This document shows, in pieces, positions 23,670-37,140 of a stretch of 64,000 nt of DNA. Within the stretch, counting starts at the first letter, position 1; each line of letters starts with the position of its first letter. The notes under the pieces are model-generated. The model saw only the letters and a list, made by a program, of their open reading frames with translations. It ran no database searches and was not told the origin of the DNA. This DNA comes from Planktothrix sp. GU0601_MAG3. GTDB lineage: Bacteria; Cyanobacteriota; Cyanobacteriia; Cyanobacteriales; Microcoleaceae. The translations under genes were made by a program, and so were the position numbers. The stretch is taken from NCBI GenBank assembly GCA_035193785.1, contig CP136572.1:1940578-2004577 (forward strand), written 5' to 3'.

Positions 23670-24750
23670 TTATTTAGATGGTGCTGGGCCACCAATCCCT
23701 CGAATGGTAACACTTGCTGTAGGAAAATATGAACGTTTCTCAGGTTTATATTCAGCATCAGCTTGAATTCGTCGTAAAGCATTACCCCGCAGGTTAATTT
23801 GTACGACTTTTTTATCGGCTCTTGAGTCTACGCAAGCATAAAAGCTATTTGTACTATTTGTAGTTGTATTAATCCTTAATTTAGCTTCTGTGATTAGTGG
23901 ATCTGTAATCCCTAAAGCTTGGCGACATTTATCTGCACCCAGTTTCTAATTGATTAGCTGTAGTCGCTACCGTTGCATCAATATAATTTACTAAAACTTG
24001 GGGCGGTGTTGCTGGATCAGTATTAAAGCTTCCTGCACCCTTAGTTACATTTGTATTAACAGTAAGTGGACTGAAGGAAGAATCAAACAGACTATTAAAT
24101 GCGGCTCTCTGTTTCTGGGAGTCTTTGAGCTTTGCAACAGCATAGAGAGATCCCGCATTAGGGTCTTTTAATCCATCATGGACTTGATATCTAACAATTT
24201 GTTTAGGACAGGTTTCATTAGGTTCAGCAGGAGGGGGTTGACACGAAGCACTATTAGCAGCAGTATCAACTAAGTAGTAAGCCACTAAGGACAGGACGTA
24301 ACTATCATTACAATACTTGTTTGGGTCTGTGCTTGAGTTATCACAATCTTTAGGGTCTCTCATGGAAGGGTTGATCCCACCTGCGGGAATTGATTCCCTC
24401 ATAATCTGCCGTTTCCAAAATACTAAAATCGGCTCTCCGGTAGTAGGAAGCTGAGTTTTTTTAAGTTCCGTCACTCCAGTATTATCATAAACATAAATAG
24501 CTTGGCTTAAATCTTCTGCAATGAAATCAAGGGCTGATTGCAATTCCTGTTCGGTTGTCGCTTTAGCGGATTCTCGACTATCATCATTCAATAGACCCAA
24601 AACAAAGCCCATCAATGGAGTAATAATCAAAAAAGCAATAACCGTACCCACTAGAAGCTCAATCATGGTCATTCCACCGATGGCTTCTTTAGTTTTTATC
24701 TGGCTTTTTTTAGGCTTAACTTTTAGTATGAACTGAAATAAACTGAGCAT
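23670..24750 (-). CDS. hpsC: Hormogonium polysaccharide secretion pseudopilin HpsC (PilW-like; frameshift at 23942)
   Basis: GGMTMIELLVG...EQELQSALDFIAEDLSQAIYVY...PILVFWKR; the corrected frame continues to LRGNALRR...PTASVTIRG* at 23670. Confidence 0.8.
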
Positions 24751-24822
24751 AACCGCTCCTTTTTTTAGGTTGTAATTAATCAAAAATTTACAAAATCTAA
24801 CTAACAATAACTAAAGCTATTG

Positions 24823-25494
24823 TTAGGGTGATGTTTTTAATCGATTCTGAAGATCATTAAATGATGACGTTCCACTACTCGGTGAAACTTCTGTCGTCAT
24901 TTGAGCTAAAGGTAATTTGCGATCGCCAAGAGCATTAGTTACAAGACTATTAGATTTGATAGGTGGTTGTGTAAGGGTGATATCAGCAGCGAAGGAATTC
25001 GCTCGATAGACTCGTACACCCAAACTGTAACCAACTTTTGGATCTGTAGCTGTGGGATGATAGGCGGCTCCTTGAACAATCATGTCCGTAACACTGTTTG
25101 TTGTACAAGTCCCATCCCCATCAAAATCAACACAATAGAGTTGATAATCAGGACTTGTGGGAGTGGTACATAATTTGCCTGCAATGCAGTCTAAGGTTCC
25201 TGTATTTGGGGCTGCTACTGACTGCAATGCAGTTGTTTTTGGTGTGGGACGGGTAACAACACCCAGCTTATCAGTAACAATATTCGACTTAACGGCATCA
25301 ATATAGGTTTTTCCCGCTTGAGCCGATAACTCTACCCGTTTGGCCTGTACACGAGTTCCCACGGAAAAGGCAATCACAGGGCCAACTAATGCCAACATCA
25401 CCGATGCCACAACAATTGCCATTACCCCCTCAAGGATGGTGTAGCCAGCTTGGGAAGACCGACCAGTAATATAGAAAGATTTGGGTTTAATCAT
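24823..25494 (-). CDS. hpsB: Hormogonium polysaccharide secretion pseudopilin HpsB (PilV-like)
   Basis: QAGYTILEGVMAIVV...VGTRVQAKRVE...YSLGVRVYRA. Confidence 0.8.
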   Translation of the reverse strand: MIKPKSFYITGRSSQAGYTILEGVMAIVVASVMLALVGPVIAFSVGTRVQAKRVELSAQAGKTYIDAVKSNIVTDKLGVVTRPTPKTTALQSVAAPNTGTLDCIAGKLCTTPTSPDYQLYCVDFDGDGTCTTNSVTDMIVQGAAYHPTATDPKVGYSLGVRVYRANSFAADITLTQPPIKSNSLVTNALGDRKLPLAQMTTEVSPSSGTSSFNDLQNRLKTSP

Positions 25495-25511
25495 GGTGTT
25501 CTCCGGGTTAA

Positions 25512-28500
25512 TTAGCCTCCATATTTAGTACAGCCTATGTCTGGTGGACGATTTTCCTCACTATCAGGTATTGCACACAATAGAGCTTTCACCCAAGGAT
25601 CATCTCGACCGACTTCTCGGAAGTATCGATTGGGTTGACCGTCGAGCTTTCCAAAGTTTTTAGTAAATAGATCGGGTTTCAGGATAAACCTGGGACAAAA
25701 GACCCACATCATATCCCCAGTTTCTTCCAGGAGCTATGAAATAAGCAATCCGACCCGAACCGCTAGAGTTAGCGTAAACGTTCATATTACTCAAGAAAAT
25801 GTTGGCAGGTGGGGTATTTGACCGGATGCTTTGATAGGGTGCTGTGGCATAGGCACTACGTCCGAGTTGTACAAATGATCCTGAAATCGTGATGTTTTTT
25901 GCGGGTGTTGGGGTACCCCAGTTTTCAATAACGCGGACAATATTTTGCAGACCTCCGTTGGTTTCTCCCCCGACATTACTAGCATTTCCAGGACGGGAGG
26001 GAACATCCCCCGCAGCAACAACTAAGTTATAGATGGTATCTGTCGCTTGAGGAAACCATCGAGTGGCATTGGCATTACCTGCCGCGCTGGCATTTGCGGG
26101 TAAACCAGACGTCTGTGTTGGGGCTTGAATTTGCAAGATCGGCACCAAGCGGGGATGATCAATCCGATCCGGTGTATTATAAGTTTCATTGTAGTACCAC
26201 AAAGGTTCGTTGGCACTATAACCCCAGTCCCCTATGGTTGGGCTATTAGGGGTACCTATCTTAGCTGTTTTGATGGTTCTGAAAAATAGAGCATTGCTTT
26301 GTGTGCGTGGTTTTTCAGTCGAGAATTTCTTACAGGTTTTAAAGTCAGTATCATAGGTGTAGCATTGAACCTTACCAGCACTATTAATTCCTAATGGGAC
26401 TGGTTTATTATTAACTAATTCCAACACACCAGAATTATTCCGTAAAAATGCAATACGACGGGGATAACGTTGATCATTTCGATCTAAGGGGGGTAAAACC
26501 GTTGTACCAGATAAAAGTGATGCGACCAGTGCTGCATCCGTGACTATTTTGGGGAGAGTATCTGGGTCTACCATTTCGGCTTTGAGTTGTTCTTCAGCCA
26601 CGCTACCAACCACCCAATCATCAGGGCCACAGCTAGAAACTGGTAACTTCCGACAAATCTCCATCACATATTCTGAGAAACTTCCTCGTCGCTGAATCGG
26701 AGTGACAAAGTTATTGAAATAGGTACTACTGAGTGGTGTTGTTCCAGTATTGACAATGTAGTTAGCATCGGTTTGTGTCGTTACATTGTCATTAGCATCT
26801 AACAATTGTCCATCTCGATTAATATCAAAGCTGGCTATTTTACCTGCCAATCTGTTTGTGTTTCTGCCACTGCTTAACCCATTAGTAACAAAATTGTTAT
26901 AGGGTTGGAAACCATTCAACATTCGCGCACCTTTAGCCGTAATTTCGGCTTTTGGGACTGATACGGGATCTAGTTTGCCATTTCCATTTAAGTCAATCTT
27001 TAAGGCAACTTCCGATAGTGTATTAGGAACTTCAGGCAAGTCATAACCAACAACAGTATTCCCGGCATTATTTCTTAGGTCAAAATCTCCTTCATTCCGA
27101 TAGCCAAATTTTGGATAGGTTGCAGTAGCAGGTTTGAAATTACTGGATAATAAAGTAACTGCATCGGCTAAAATATTAGCCTGCCGCCAGTCATCTCCTG
27201 TGTTACAGACAAAACCCGGTTGTTGACGAGACGGATCACCTGCCCGACAAGCAAAGTTCGGGTTTAACCCGGTAACGACCATAAAAATTCGCCCAGTCAG
27301 TGACATTGGGTGTATCACCTGTAAACTCCCCTTGGGTATGGAGATTGAAGTCCCCTTGAATATAAACAGGTAAGTTAGAAACTAGGGTTATGCCTTTTTC
27401 TCGACGCACTTCTTCTGAGGTTGCATAGCTGGTTTTCCGTCCCAGTTTTGAACCATTGACCAGCAAAATACCATTAGGCCGACGGGTAGGATCAAGTTTA
27501 TAATCTGTTGGACTCAGTTCCCGGGCCAGGTCTTCGTCAATTTTGCCCGCTACAGTGGAATCACGATTACTGCGATCGGGTAAAGCATCATCCCGGGTGG
27601 CATAGATAACGCCACTAAAGGGGAGCATATAGTCCTTGCCACCTTCGAGGTAGTCTAATACGGGCGTTTCGGTGTATGAAATCGTATTGGTTCGCAACAG
27701 GTTTAAATCAATCTGAGTCGCCCTAATTTCCAGAGGAAAGCGGTGTTCTAAGGGCAGTTGATAGGTTGTTGTTAAGTTAGCAGCACCCGTCGTCAACGGA
27801 CTACTGAGGGTGAAGGTTTCATCAACTGTTGTTGCGGGATCATCGTTATCCACCGCCTTGATTTCTCTGGCATTGAGGAGAGTGACTTCCTGAATCGCAT
27901 TATCGGGTAAACTGGCTGGTGCCGATCCCAGACTCACCAGAGGACTTCCCATAATGCCAATGGCGCACATCGCCGTATCTACAGCCGATTGTTCTGATAA
28001 GGTTCGTTGAGTATCAGCTTTAAGTAAGGCTTTCCGCAGGGGTTCATTCACAAAACGACCATCGGGGAAAACATAGTTGGCTTGTTTGGCTAGTTCTCCT
28101 AAAATAGTTGCGCTTGTTGTGAATAATCCGGTTGTGGTATCGTAGGCCGCTACTCCTGGCCGGGATGTGGTTGGGGGGCCATAAACTTTACCGTTATTTG
28201 ACTTAGCCACATCGTCCGCACCGGAAATAGCTGCTGTTGCATTCCCAGCCGTAATAACATTACTTGGATCGTAGTAACTGCTGACACAAGCAATGGGTTT
28301 TTGTTCAAGTTCAGTTGGGGGGTTAAAGGCATCCTGAGCATAGTGATAAACAGCCGTTGCTCGCATCCGCAGATCCCCTTGGGATTTTGCAGCAGCGAAA
28401 TTAACCCAAAGTGCAGACGATGGAGTAAAGGGAGTCTTAGGAGAAACCATCGGCATTATATAAGCCCGTGTTGTCATAAACCTTTGAACCCACACCCGGA

Positions 28501-30582
28501 GACATCGGCATTGTATCCGGCCAAACAATCGGAAACTTTTCTATGGCTGTTGTGACTGGATCATTGTAGGTTGGGCTATTTTCAACAACGGTTGTAGTGG
28601 TAGGATCATCCCACATGGGAGGAGGTAAGAAGGAGTTAATGCGATCGTAAATTCCTGCACCTGTAACCACCCTTAAACCACCCACACCATCAAAAATCGA
28701 AAGAGGTTTTTTAGCGGCGGTTTTTTCCCAATAGCCATCCCGCTTGATATCTCCCGCAGATGCAATTTGTTTACTCTGGGTGGTGCGAGTTCGTGGGCTA
28801 TTATCATCAGTCCAGGTATCAGTAGCACCGCGTTTTTCTTCGGCAGCAACCCATTTTTTATCGGTATTCAACATCAGGGAAGGTAAGTTGTTTCCCGCTA
28901 AAACCCGATCCCCTAAATAGGTTTCCGTGCCCTTTGCCTTCTTCTCTGGGTTGGTGGCTTCAAGTTGATTGAGTTTGAGTGTAACTTTTGTCAGATTGTC
29001 CTTAATCAGAGTCCATGTGTCAGGGGGACGTAGGGTTTCCTTATCTCCTGCATCTACAGTCAGAGGGCTAGTTCCACTTGGAGGTAAACCATAGGGAGCT
29101 AAAGCATCGCCTCCAACCGCAACCTCCGCAAAAGGTACTTTCCGCAGCCGAGCTTTAAAATATTTATTGAGTTCTTCTTTGCGAACATCTGCACGGGTCA
29201 AACTCGGATCTTCCGCCATCCGCCGATTTACTTGTTGATTAACCTCGGTGGGATCTTGGGTTTCAGCACTTTGGGCTTGCCATTTAACTAAAGCAATTAA
29301 TCTTTCTCGGAAAGCCCCATCATTAAATAATCCTTTTGAGACTCCATCATTACTATTGTTTAGGGATTCATTCGTAGTGGAAATTGTGCCAGATATGGGA
29401 TCATCAATGCCTTGGATCAGGTCAATAGTAATATCATTTCGGTTTACTTGGTCAACCATGCCATTGATGACATTTCCTGAAACTTTCAGTTTCGCTAAGT
29501 CTTCATTATAGTAACAAGATTCTTTCGCACTAACTTGATAAATTCTTAAAGGATTAGTGAACCGTGAAATGATCAAGTTTCCCTGGGTCGATAAACCACC
29601 ATTAAAGTTAAAGGCAGGAGCGGGAGCTAGTTCTAAGTCATTTTCATACTCTACTCCACTGAGAAAATATTGCGTCCAGTCTTGTTGATATTCTAAAGCT
29701 GAATAACTGGGTGCTCCAGTATATTTTTCATAAGTTTTACCTGTAATTTTAGGAATATTTGTTGTATCTTGAATAGGTACAGTCACAGTGTAGACAAAGA
29801 AGGGTTTCTGAATTCCGCCTTTACCTTTAGCAAAATCACATTTAGCATCGCTTTTGCCTAGTTTCACTGGTTCTGCTCTAGCATCTAAATAACTTCTTTT
29901 TGCAGTGTAATCCGCAGCACCATTTCTAAAAAATATTCCGTATAATATAAAGCTATCGTATTTACCATTGTTATCAGTATCAACGGGAAATCTCCAAGCG
30001 GTGTTAATTTGTTCGTTATCTTTAAAGTCTTCGTCTGGATTGACTAACAAACCTGCGCTTGCTGCGGGTACAGTAGTAGCACTACCATTAGGCTGAATAG
30101 TCCCGTCATTGTTCTCGTCAAACTTAACAGCAAGAACTTTCTCATCCCCAAATGTATATTTATCGTTATTGGGAGTAGTTTGTAAAGACGTTAACTTTTT
30201 ATATAATGCTTCTTCCGAGATATCTGGATTAGTTTTAGTTTCTTCTACTAATAATTGTTCTATCTTTGCATTAGCCCGATCTACTGCGGGTGTAGCAGCT
30301 TCTAAAGCGGCTTTACTGGCTCTGACAAACTGAGCATTTTGCGCCCGATCCATTGACCGCAACATAATTGTTACACTCAATAATACGACCACAAGAATCA
30401 CCATCGTCACCGTCGGCAACACAAAACCCGCCCGACCATAACGATCCTGGCGGTTGAGGCTCATCCAAACCCTGAGAAGCGATCGCATTGTCCCCCGGGT
30501 CAGGCGTTTAAAACCAATCCGGATCGAACGGAAACCAGGACAGAATGGGGTTAGAGAACTTGTTGTTGTGATGTTGTGACAT
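25512..30582 (-). CDS. hpsA: Hormogonium polysaccharide biosynthesis protein HpsA (large PilX-like, ~1,690 aa; 4 frameshifts)
   Basis: AGFVLPTVTMVILVVVLL, AWRFPVDTDNNGKYDSFILYGIFFR, C-terminal RNWGYDVGLL...YFREVGRDDPWVKALLC; frameshifts at 30531, 28443, ~27272 and 25676. Confidence 0.82.
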
Positions 30583-31024
30583 AGATGCCTACCTAACCTT
30601 TTATTGGAATGGTTGTGATGGCTAATCAGTTTAAAATTTCACATTTACTAGGAAGTATTGGGGAATAATGCCTGAAGCCAAAATCAAGTAAAATCGTGAA
30701 TAGATTAAATTGTATTAATATGGGAAAAACTCCCTATCCTTAGTTTTAGCATTTCCTCCCCCAGAATAGCCCCAGTAAAAATACGGATCTTTCTGAGTTC
30801 AGTCGCGCTTCAATTCCATTGAATAGCGGATTTATTAGATGCTAACCCTATAATAAAATAAGACTTCCAGCCCAAATTAAGACGGTTAATCATTCTTAAT
30901 TTGTTGTGCTTGCTATCACACTTTCGACTGTAAGGGATACGGTTTAGGGATTCTCCTCTACTCTATTAGGATGCCCAGTTTTTTTTGAAAAGCGATCGCA
31001 AAAACTAAAATTCAGATAGACCCC

Positions 31025-31058
31025 AAAAAATAGCCCCCCTGTTGTCTAGGGGGGTTAG
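31025..31058 (-). terminator. Rho-independent terminator after rpmB
   Basis: Minus strand taaccccctagacaacaggggggcta followed by a T-run. Confidence 0.6.
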
Positions 31059-31086
31059 GGAAATCCTGGCTATTGTTCGGCCCCAT

Positions 31087-31323
31087 TTAAAATTTGTTCA
31101 AATCAAGTCCAGCTTTCTTGGCCATGGCTTGTAAACCTTTGAGTTCAATAGTTTTAATCGCTTTTGTAGACAGTTTCAGTCTCACAAAACGATTCCCCTG
31201 GGGCCACCAAATCCGTTTCCACTGTAAATTCGCTTCCTGCAATTTGTGGGTGCGACGGTGGGAGTGGGACACAGCCATACCGTTATTGGCTCTCTTTCCC
31301 GTTAACTGACAAATCCGAGACAT
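31087..31323 (-). CDS. rpmB: 50S ribosomal protein L28
   Basis: [25 protein letters not shown]. Confidence 0.97.
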   Translation of the reverse strand: MSRICQLTGKRANNGMAVSHSHRRTHKLQEANLQWKRIWWPQGNRFVRLKLSTKAIKTIELKGLQAMAKKAGLDLNKF

Positions 31324-31432
31324 GGTTAACTCCAGCTTACTCTTGTTTTAAAAGTCCAAACCTCCATTATACAGAATTTTGGTTATAACCATCCCATTGC
31401 TTTGAAAGTCCTTTGATTTTACCTGAAGTTTG

Positions 31433-31541
31433 AGATCCCCCCTAACCCCCCTTGAGAAAGGGGGAACCGGATTTCAAAGTCCCCACAAGGGGGATATATC
31501 GTTTCAAAGTCCCCCTTTTTAATCGGGATTTAGGGGGATCT
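31433..31541. repeat. GATCCCCCCTA...TAGGGGGATC palindromic repeat element
   Basis: agatcccccctaacccccc...gatttagggggatct. Confidence 0.75.
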
Positions 31542-31576
31542 ATCTGAAGATGTAATCAGGTTTTTTTACTGTCATT

Positions 31577-33557
31577 CTAATTAGTTGTTAACCGCGTTAA
31601 CACCTGATTAGAACGTTCTACAAAGTCCTTCATTCCTTCAGCATCAAAGCCTTTTTGAGCAATTAAAGCTAAGTCATAGACATGATGACAAATCATATTA
31701 GCTAATTCCGTTGAAGGAGACTCCCCACCCTCTTGAATAATCGCTCCTTGACTCAAATCAACTAAATTCTGAATCAACGGATGGGCGGTATTAATTAACA
31801 GAATATGTTCCTCGGGAAATTCCACCTTTTGCTGCTGCATCAGGGCGGTCATATCCTGTAACCGTCGCATAAATTCGGGTAACAACACCATCGCCGGCGG
31901 GGTATTCTCGGATTTTAAGGATTCCGTCCGAATCGTTAATTTAGGCTTGTTTAAAGCTGCGGTAAACAGGTCTTTAATGATTTCGCTGCGGGTTTTATTG
32001 GTTTTCGGATCAACAATTTCAGGACTATTATCCTTAGCAATTAAATTGTCATCAAGTTCCGCATCCACCCGGGAAAACTTAACATCGGTGTGTTCCCGTT
32101 CTAGGAAACTAATAAAATGACTATCAATAAAGGAATCGAAGAATAAAACTTCTAATCCTTGACTGGTATGTAACTGAATATAAGTGGCTTGGGTAGTTTC
32201 ATCGGTACAATAAAATACCCGATTTTCATGGCGTTCTTTATTGCGTTCGAGATATTCGCTTAAGGTGGTATAGTAACGACCTTTTTCATCGGTATTATCA
32301 GGGGTTTGGGCGGCAACATCTTGCCACACATCCCCGGCTTCCGTTTGTACCTGAACATCAACGGCTTTTTCTGCGTTATTTGCCGGGTCGGGGGTATAGG
32401 TAGTACGACAAATCAGAATATCCTCAACTTGTTTTTTAAACTTGTCATCGTTGAGGGAACCAAACTTAACAAATGTACCGATATCCTGCCAACAACGGAT
32501 ATATTCTTTGCGGTTATCCCGATATAATTCTTTCAGACGGTCAGCGACTTTTTTAGCTACATAATCGGCAATTTTGCGGACGGTGCGATTACTTTGTAGG
32601 GCACTGCGGGAAATATTCAAAGGAATATCCGTACTATCAATTACCCCCCGCAAAGGCATCAGGAATTTGGGAATAATATCTTCACAGTGGTCACTGACAA
32701 AGACCTGATTACAGAACAGTTTAATATTGCCCTGGGTGATATCTACATCGGGTTTAAGTTTGGGGAAATACAGAATTCCATTCACAATAAAAGGATAATC
32801 AGTATTCAGATGTACCCACAGCAGGGGTTCTTCTTGGAAGGGATAGAGATAGCGATAAAGTTCTAAATAATCTTCGTCGGTTAAGTTATTAGGAGACTCC
32901 CGCCAGGGTGCTTTTTGGCGGTTGATGATTTCGCCGTCCAATTTAATCGGAACGGGCATAAAATCACAATAGGTTTTAATTAATTGACGGATGCGGGAGG
33001 GTTCGGTATATTCGATTTCCTCATCCATCAAAGTTAGGGTGATGGTAGTTCCCCGTTGGATGCGGCCAGAGTCTTCCAGCTTAAAGACCGGAGAACCATC
33101 GCACGTCCAGTGAAACGGCTTGGGAGCCCTCTTGGTAGGAAAGGGTATCGATTTCGACCTGACGGGCCACCATAAAGGAGGAGTAGAACCCTAAACCAAA
33201 ATGACCGATGATGGATTGGTCAGAGTTGGCTTGATATTTTTCGATAAATTCTTCGGCGCTGGAAAAGGCGACTTGGTTAATATATTTTTTGACTTCCTCG
33301 GCGGTCATCCCAATGCCATTATCGGTAATGGAGAGGGTTTTGTTCTCTTTATCAAGGGTGATGGTGATTTCGGCTTCGCCCGCATCCCCGGAATATTCCC
33401 CAGACCGGGACACCATATTCAGTTTAGCAATGGCGTCAACGGCGTTGGAAACCAGTTCCCGCAGGAAGACTTCATGGTCGGTGTAGAGGGATTTTTTGAT
33501 AATCGGGAAGATATTCTCGGTATGGATGGTAATGGTTCCCTGTTCGAGTACGGTCAT
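31577..33557 (-). CDS. htpG: Chaperone HtpG (frameshift at 33112)
   Basis: FLRELVSNAVDA, DNGIGMT, IGHFGLGFYSSF; the corrected join reads QAVHWTCDGSP. Confidence 0.95.
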
Positions 33558-33638
33558 AGTGATATCAGGTTAAGGTATCTATAGAATAGTGATGTTATGA
33601 TTGTGTGCGATCGCCTAACCCCAATAAACGTAATCCCC

Positions 33639-34526
33639 CTACAGGTTTGATTCGGTTTCCCGCATCTGCAATTTAGCTAATTTTTCGCTAAATTCCAAAT
33701 TTGCTGCGGAAAGTTCTTGAAGAATATACTGTTTCTGTTCTTCATTAAAAAGTTGATTAAATTTTTTACCCGAGGTATGATAAATTCCCTGTTGGACGGA
33801 AACCTTCCAAGATTCAAAGGGTAAGATAACATTTTTAGCAACTTCCTGGTAGTCCTCTAACATTGTAGGTTCATAGTCTACGCCAATAAAGTTACAAATT
33901 TCCGATAAAACCAAAAGTTGATTATCGATTAATTGTTCATATTGAACCAGGATATGATTGGGTTTATGAAGATGGTTCAAACTTAAGCGAACATCCTTAA
34001 TCCATTGTCGAATACAACGGTCTAAATCCCAAGCTCCTCGCCATTCTTCAGGATATCGGTGAGTAACATCATATAGGGACGTGACAACATCGGTTCCATT
34101 CCTAACCAAATGAATAAATTTTGGGCCTTCAACTCGTTTTTCAATATAGCTAATATAATCAACATTTCCCGGGGTTTTTTCTAACCACAAATTTTTTCCT
34201 TGTTGTTGGGTTAATTCATCTAAAACCCGAATAAACCCCTGAACATATTGCAGGGTAAACACCGCGGTTTTTGGTAAATATTTTGTTAATTCAGGATGAC
34301 CCACTTCTGCTAAAAACTCCTCAAATCTTTGCCGGGCAAAATGACCTGGAATTCTCAATTTAATTCGCCAGGGGGGACGATTTTCTAATAAACAACGGAA
34401 AAAATGGGATTCGGGAAAAGAGGCAATTTGAGAATGGGCTGCTAACAGACTTTGTAATAGGGTAGTTCCTGACCGGGGACAGCCCACAAGAAATAATCGG
34501 GGGGAGGAATGGTTTAATGGTAACAA
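33639..34526 (-). CDS. Sulfotransferase
   Basis: FLVGCPRSGTTLL (5'-PSB), WLEKTP, HLVRNGTDVVTS. Confidence 0.9.
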   Translation of the reverse strand: MLPLNHSSPRLFLVGCPRSGTTLLQSLLAAHSQIASFPESHFFRCLLENRPPWRIKLRIPGHFARQRFEEFLAEVGHPELTKYLPKTAVFTLQYVQGFIRVLDELTQQQGKNLWLEKTPGNVDYISYIEKRVEGPKFIHLVRNGTDVVTSLYDVTHRYPEEWRGAWDLDRCIRQWIKDVRLSLNHLHKPNHILVQYEQLIDNQLLVLSEICNFIGVDYEPTMLEDYQEVAKNVILPFESWKVSVQQGIYHTSGKKFNQLFNEEQKQYILQELSAANLEFSEKLAKLQMRETESNL

Positions 34527-34605
34527 GATCTAAACCGATAACTTTGGGTTAGTTCTAATGATACAATTAACTTGCCCTAAATGTCATCATTAGAGGTTAA
34601 ATTCC

Positions 34606-35851
34606 GTGACCAATACATCACTGCGAACCCTGTTCATTACCCCTGATTTACCCTATCCCCCCAGGGCAGGAGGGCCTCTACGCAGTTGGCAGAATATTAA
34701 CCTGATGAAACAATATGGGGATGTCGCTGTATTTTCAGTTTTTCCCGGGGAAACCCCCACAGAAAACCTTACCTGGAATTCAAAATTGGGATCACTATAA
34801 TATTAGTCAAAAACGACCGTTGAAAGAACGGTTACAATATCGAGTCTCTGGGTTAACACCCTGGAGATGTGCTTATATTGATTTTTTTTATACTCAGCCT
34901 GCGGTCGAAAAATTAAACAAAATTATAAAAGAATGGCAACCATCACTGGTGATTTTTGAACATTTATGGTTATGTCGTTATCTTCCGATTGTTCAGCGTT
35001 ATCCCTGCCAAATTATTTTTGATGAACATAATGTAGAGGTGGATTTATTTGAGCAGAAAATTCAGCAAATGATAGGATTACGACTGAAAACAAAGATGAA
35101 ATTAGAAAAGTTTCATTTGCAGTTTTTAGAAAAAAAAATGGCTTATAAATCCGATCAAATTTGGGTCTGTAGTCAATCCGATGCGGACAAACTCAAACAA
35201 CGATATGGACAGAAACTCAATCCTTATATTGTCCCGAATGGCATTAATGTGACTAATTATGATACGGTGCGAAATGGTCAATGTATTCCGGCTTTCGAGG
35301 GTAAATCAAACCCCCATACCTTAATATTTATTGGGACATTTGGTTATCCTCCCAACGTCGAAGCAGCAGAGTTTCTCATCCGAGAGTTTTATCCTAAAAT
35401 TAAACAGCTTTATCCTGATACTTTATTAATTATTGTAGGAAAAAATCTTCCCCCAGCCTTAGCCGCAGCTACAAAAGAAGAATCCGGGATTCTATGGACA
35501 GGATTAGTGGAGGATGTTACACCCTATTTAGCAGCAGCGAGTGTGGTCATTACTCCATTATTTAAAGGGGGAGGAACTCGCTTAAAAATATTAGAAGCCT
35601 TTGCCGCCGGTCGTCCCGTTGTGAGTACCACAAAAGGGGCTGAAGGACTAGATATTGAGGATAAAAAACATTTATTAATTGAGGATAAAATCGAGGGAAT
35701 GGTTGATGCTGTTGATCAATTTTGGTCAAATCCTACCCTGTATCAACACTGTGTTGATAATGCTTATAATTTAGTTAAAACTCGATATTCTTGGGAGGCT
35801 ATTTCCCATAAAATTCAACCCTTAATTCAAAAAATAATATCTCAAGATTAA
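34606..35851 (+). CDS. GT4 glycosyltransferase (frameshift at 34750)
   Basis: PYPPRAGG, DEHNVE, GGGTRLKILEAFAAGRPVVST. Confidence 0.88.
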
Positions 35852-36965
35852 TTAATTATTACCTAAAATCTCTCGATAAAATTGTGCTGTTTTTTGAGCA
35901 ATTAATTCCCAACCTAAAGCATCACACTGCCTTTTGACTAATACACTTAAAGCCTGTAAATCAATCGTGGTGCTTTGTTGTAATGTTTTTAGTAAACCTT
36001 GGTCATCATTGGGATTATATAAAAGTTGATTAGCAACCCCCAAAGTTTCAGCAATTCCCCCTAAATCCGGTGCAATAATGGGTTTATTATAGGACATGGC
36101 TAAAATCAAACTTCCCGAGGTTAAGATTTTTTCAAAAGGAAACACAATCACATCCGCAGCACTGAAAAAAAGATGGATTCTACTAGATTCAATAAACTCT
36201 GGAATCAGAATTAATCCCGGGATATCTTTAGAAAGTTCCTGTAATTCTAAATAATAGGAATTATTAACGGGTTTACCTGCAATCACCAAGGTATCATTCC
36301 CAAAACTATCGGGATAATTTTTCCAAATATTAATCAATTTTTCTATTTTTTTATAGGGTTTGAGAAAGCCTATATTCATATAAATACGACCCGTTAAGGG
36401 TAATCCCAACTGTTTGCGGGCGTCAATTGAATCAACAGAAGCCCCATACACCTCTCGATAATGACCATGGGGAATAACAATGGCTTTTTGGCTGTTAAAT
36501 TTGGAATCGGTTTCTATTAATTTCAAACTAGAATAATTATGGAAAATAATCCCATTCACTAACTTCGATAAAATCCTCCTTGTCCAACGTTCTAAAGTAG
36601 GAAAGGGGTCATCATGGGACACTTGGTTATGAAACTGTCCAAACAATTTTAACCCCCAACATTCGGACTATAATAACATCCAATAAAAATTTGATACAAG
36701 CCAAGAATTTAGACCCTTTTTGCGGTGCATTGATATAAAATTCTAACCAGTGCAAATGAACAATATCAACCGCAGGAGTTCGATTTTTTAAAACACCTCT
36801 TAAAATCGGAAAATAATTCAAATAGTAAGACCAAAATTCAACCTGAATCTGTTCTTGTGCTAACCCCTGGGAAAGCAGGGATTGATAGGGGTTATCCCGG
36901 CGAAAATCCGGTAGCATTAGAACTTTAAGTTTGGTCAAAGATAGATTCTTTTGAGGATTCATCAT
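35852..36965 (-). CDS. GT4 glycosyltransferase (frameshift at 36631)
   Basis: NPYQSLL, HLHW, corrected VWTVHN, IPHGHY, TSGSLILAMSY. Confidence 0.88.
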
Positions 36966-37140
36966 TTTAGGTTTACAATCGAAAATATTCTGATAAAATA
37001 TAGGGTTAATCTACCATAAATTTTCTGGCTCTTGGGTGACCACTGTATTAATTTTGTCAACATTATTTTAAGTTTTATAAAAAATATCTATTTGTCATTG
37101 CTAAATAGATACAATTGTGATATAAAATTGATCTAAAAAA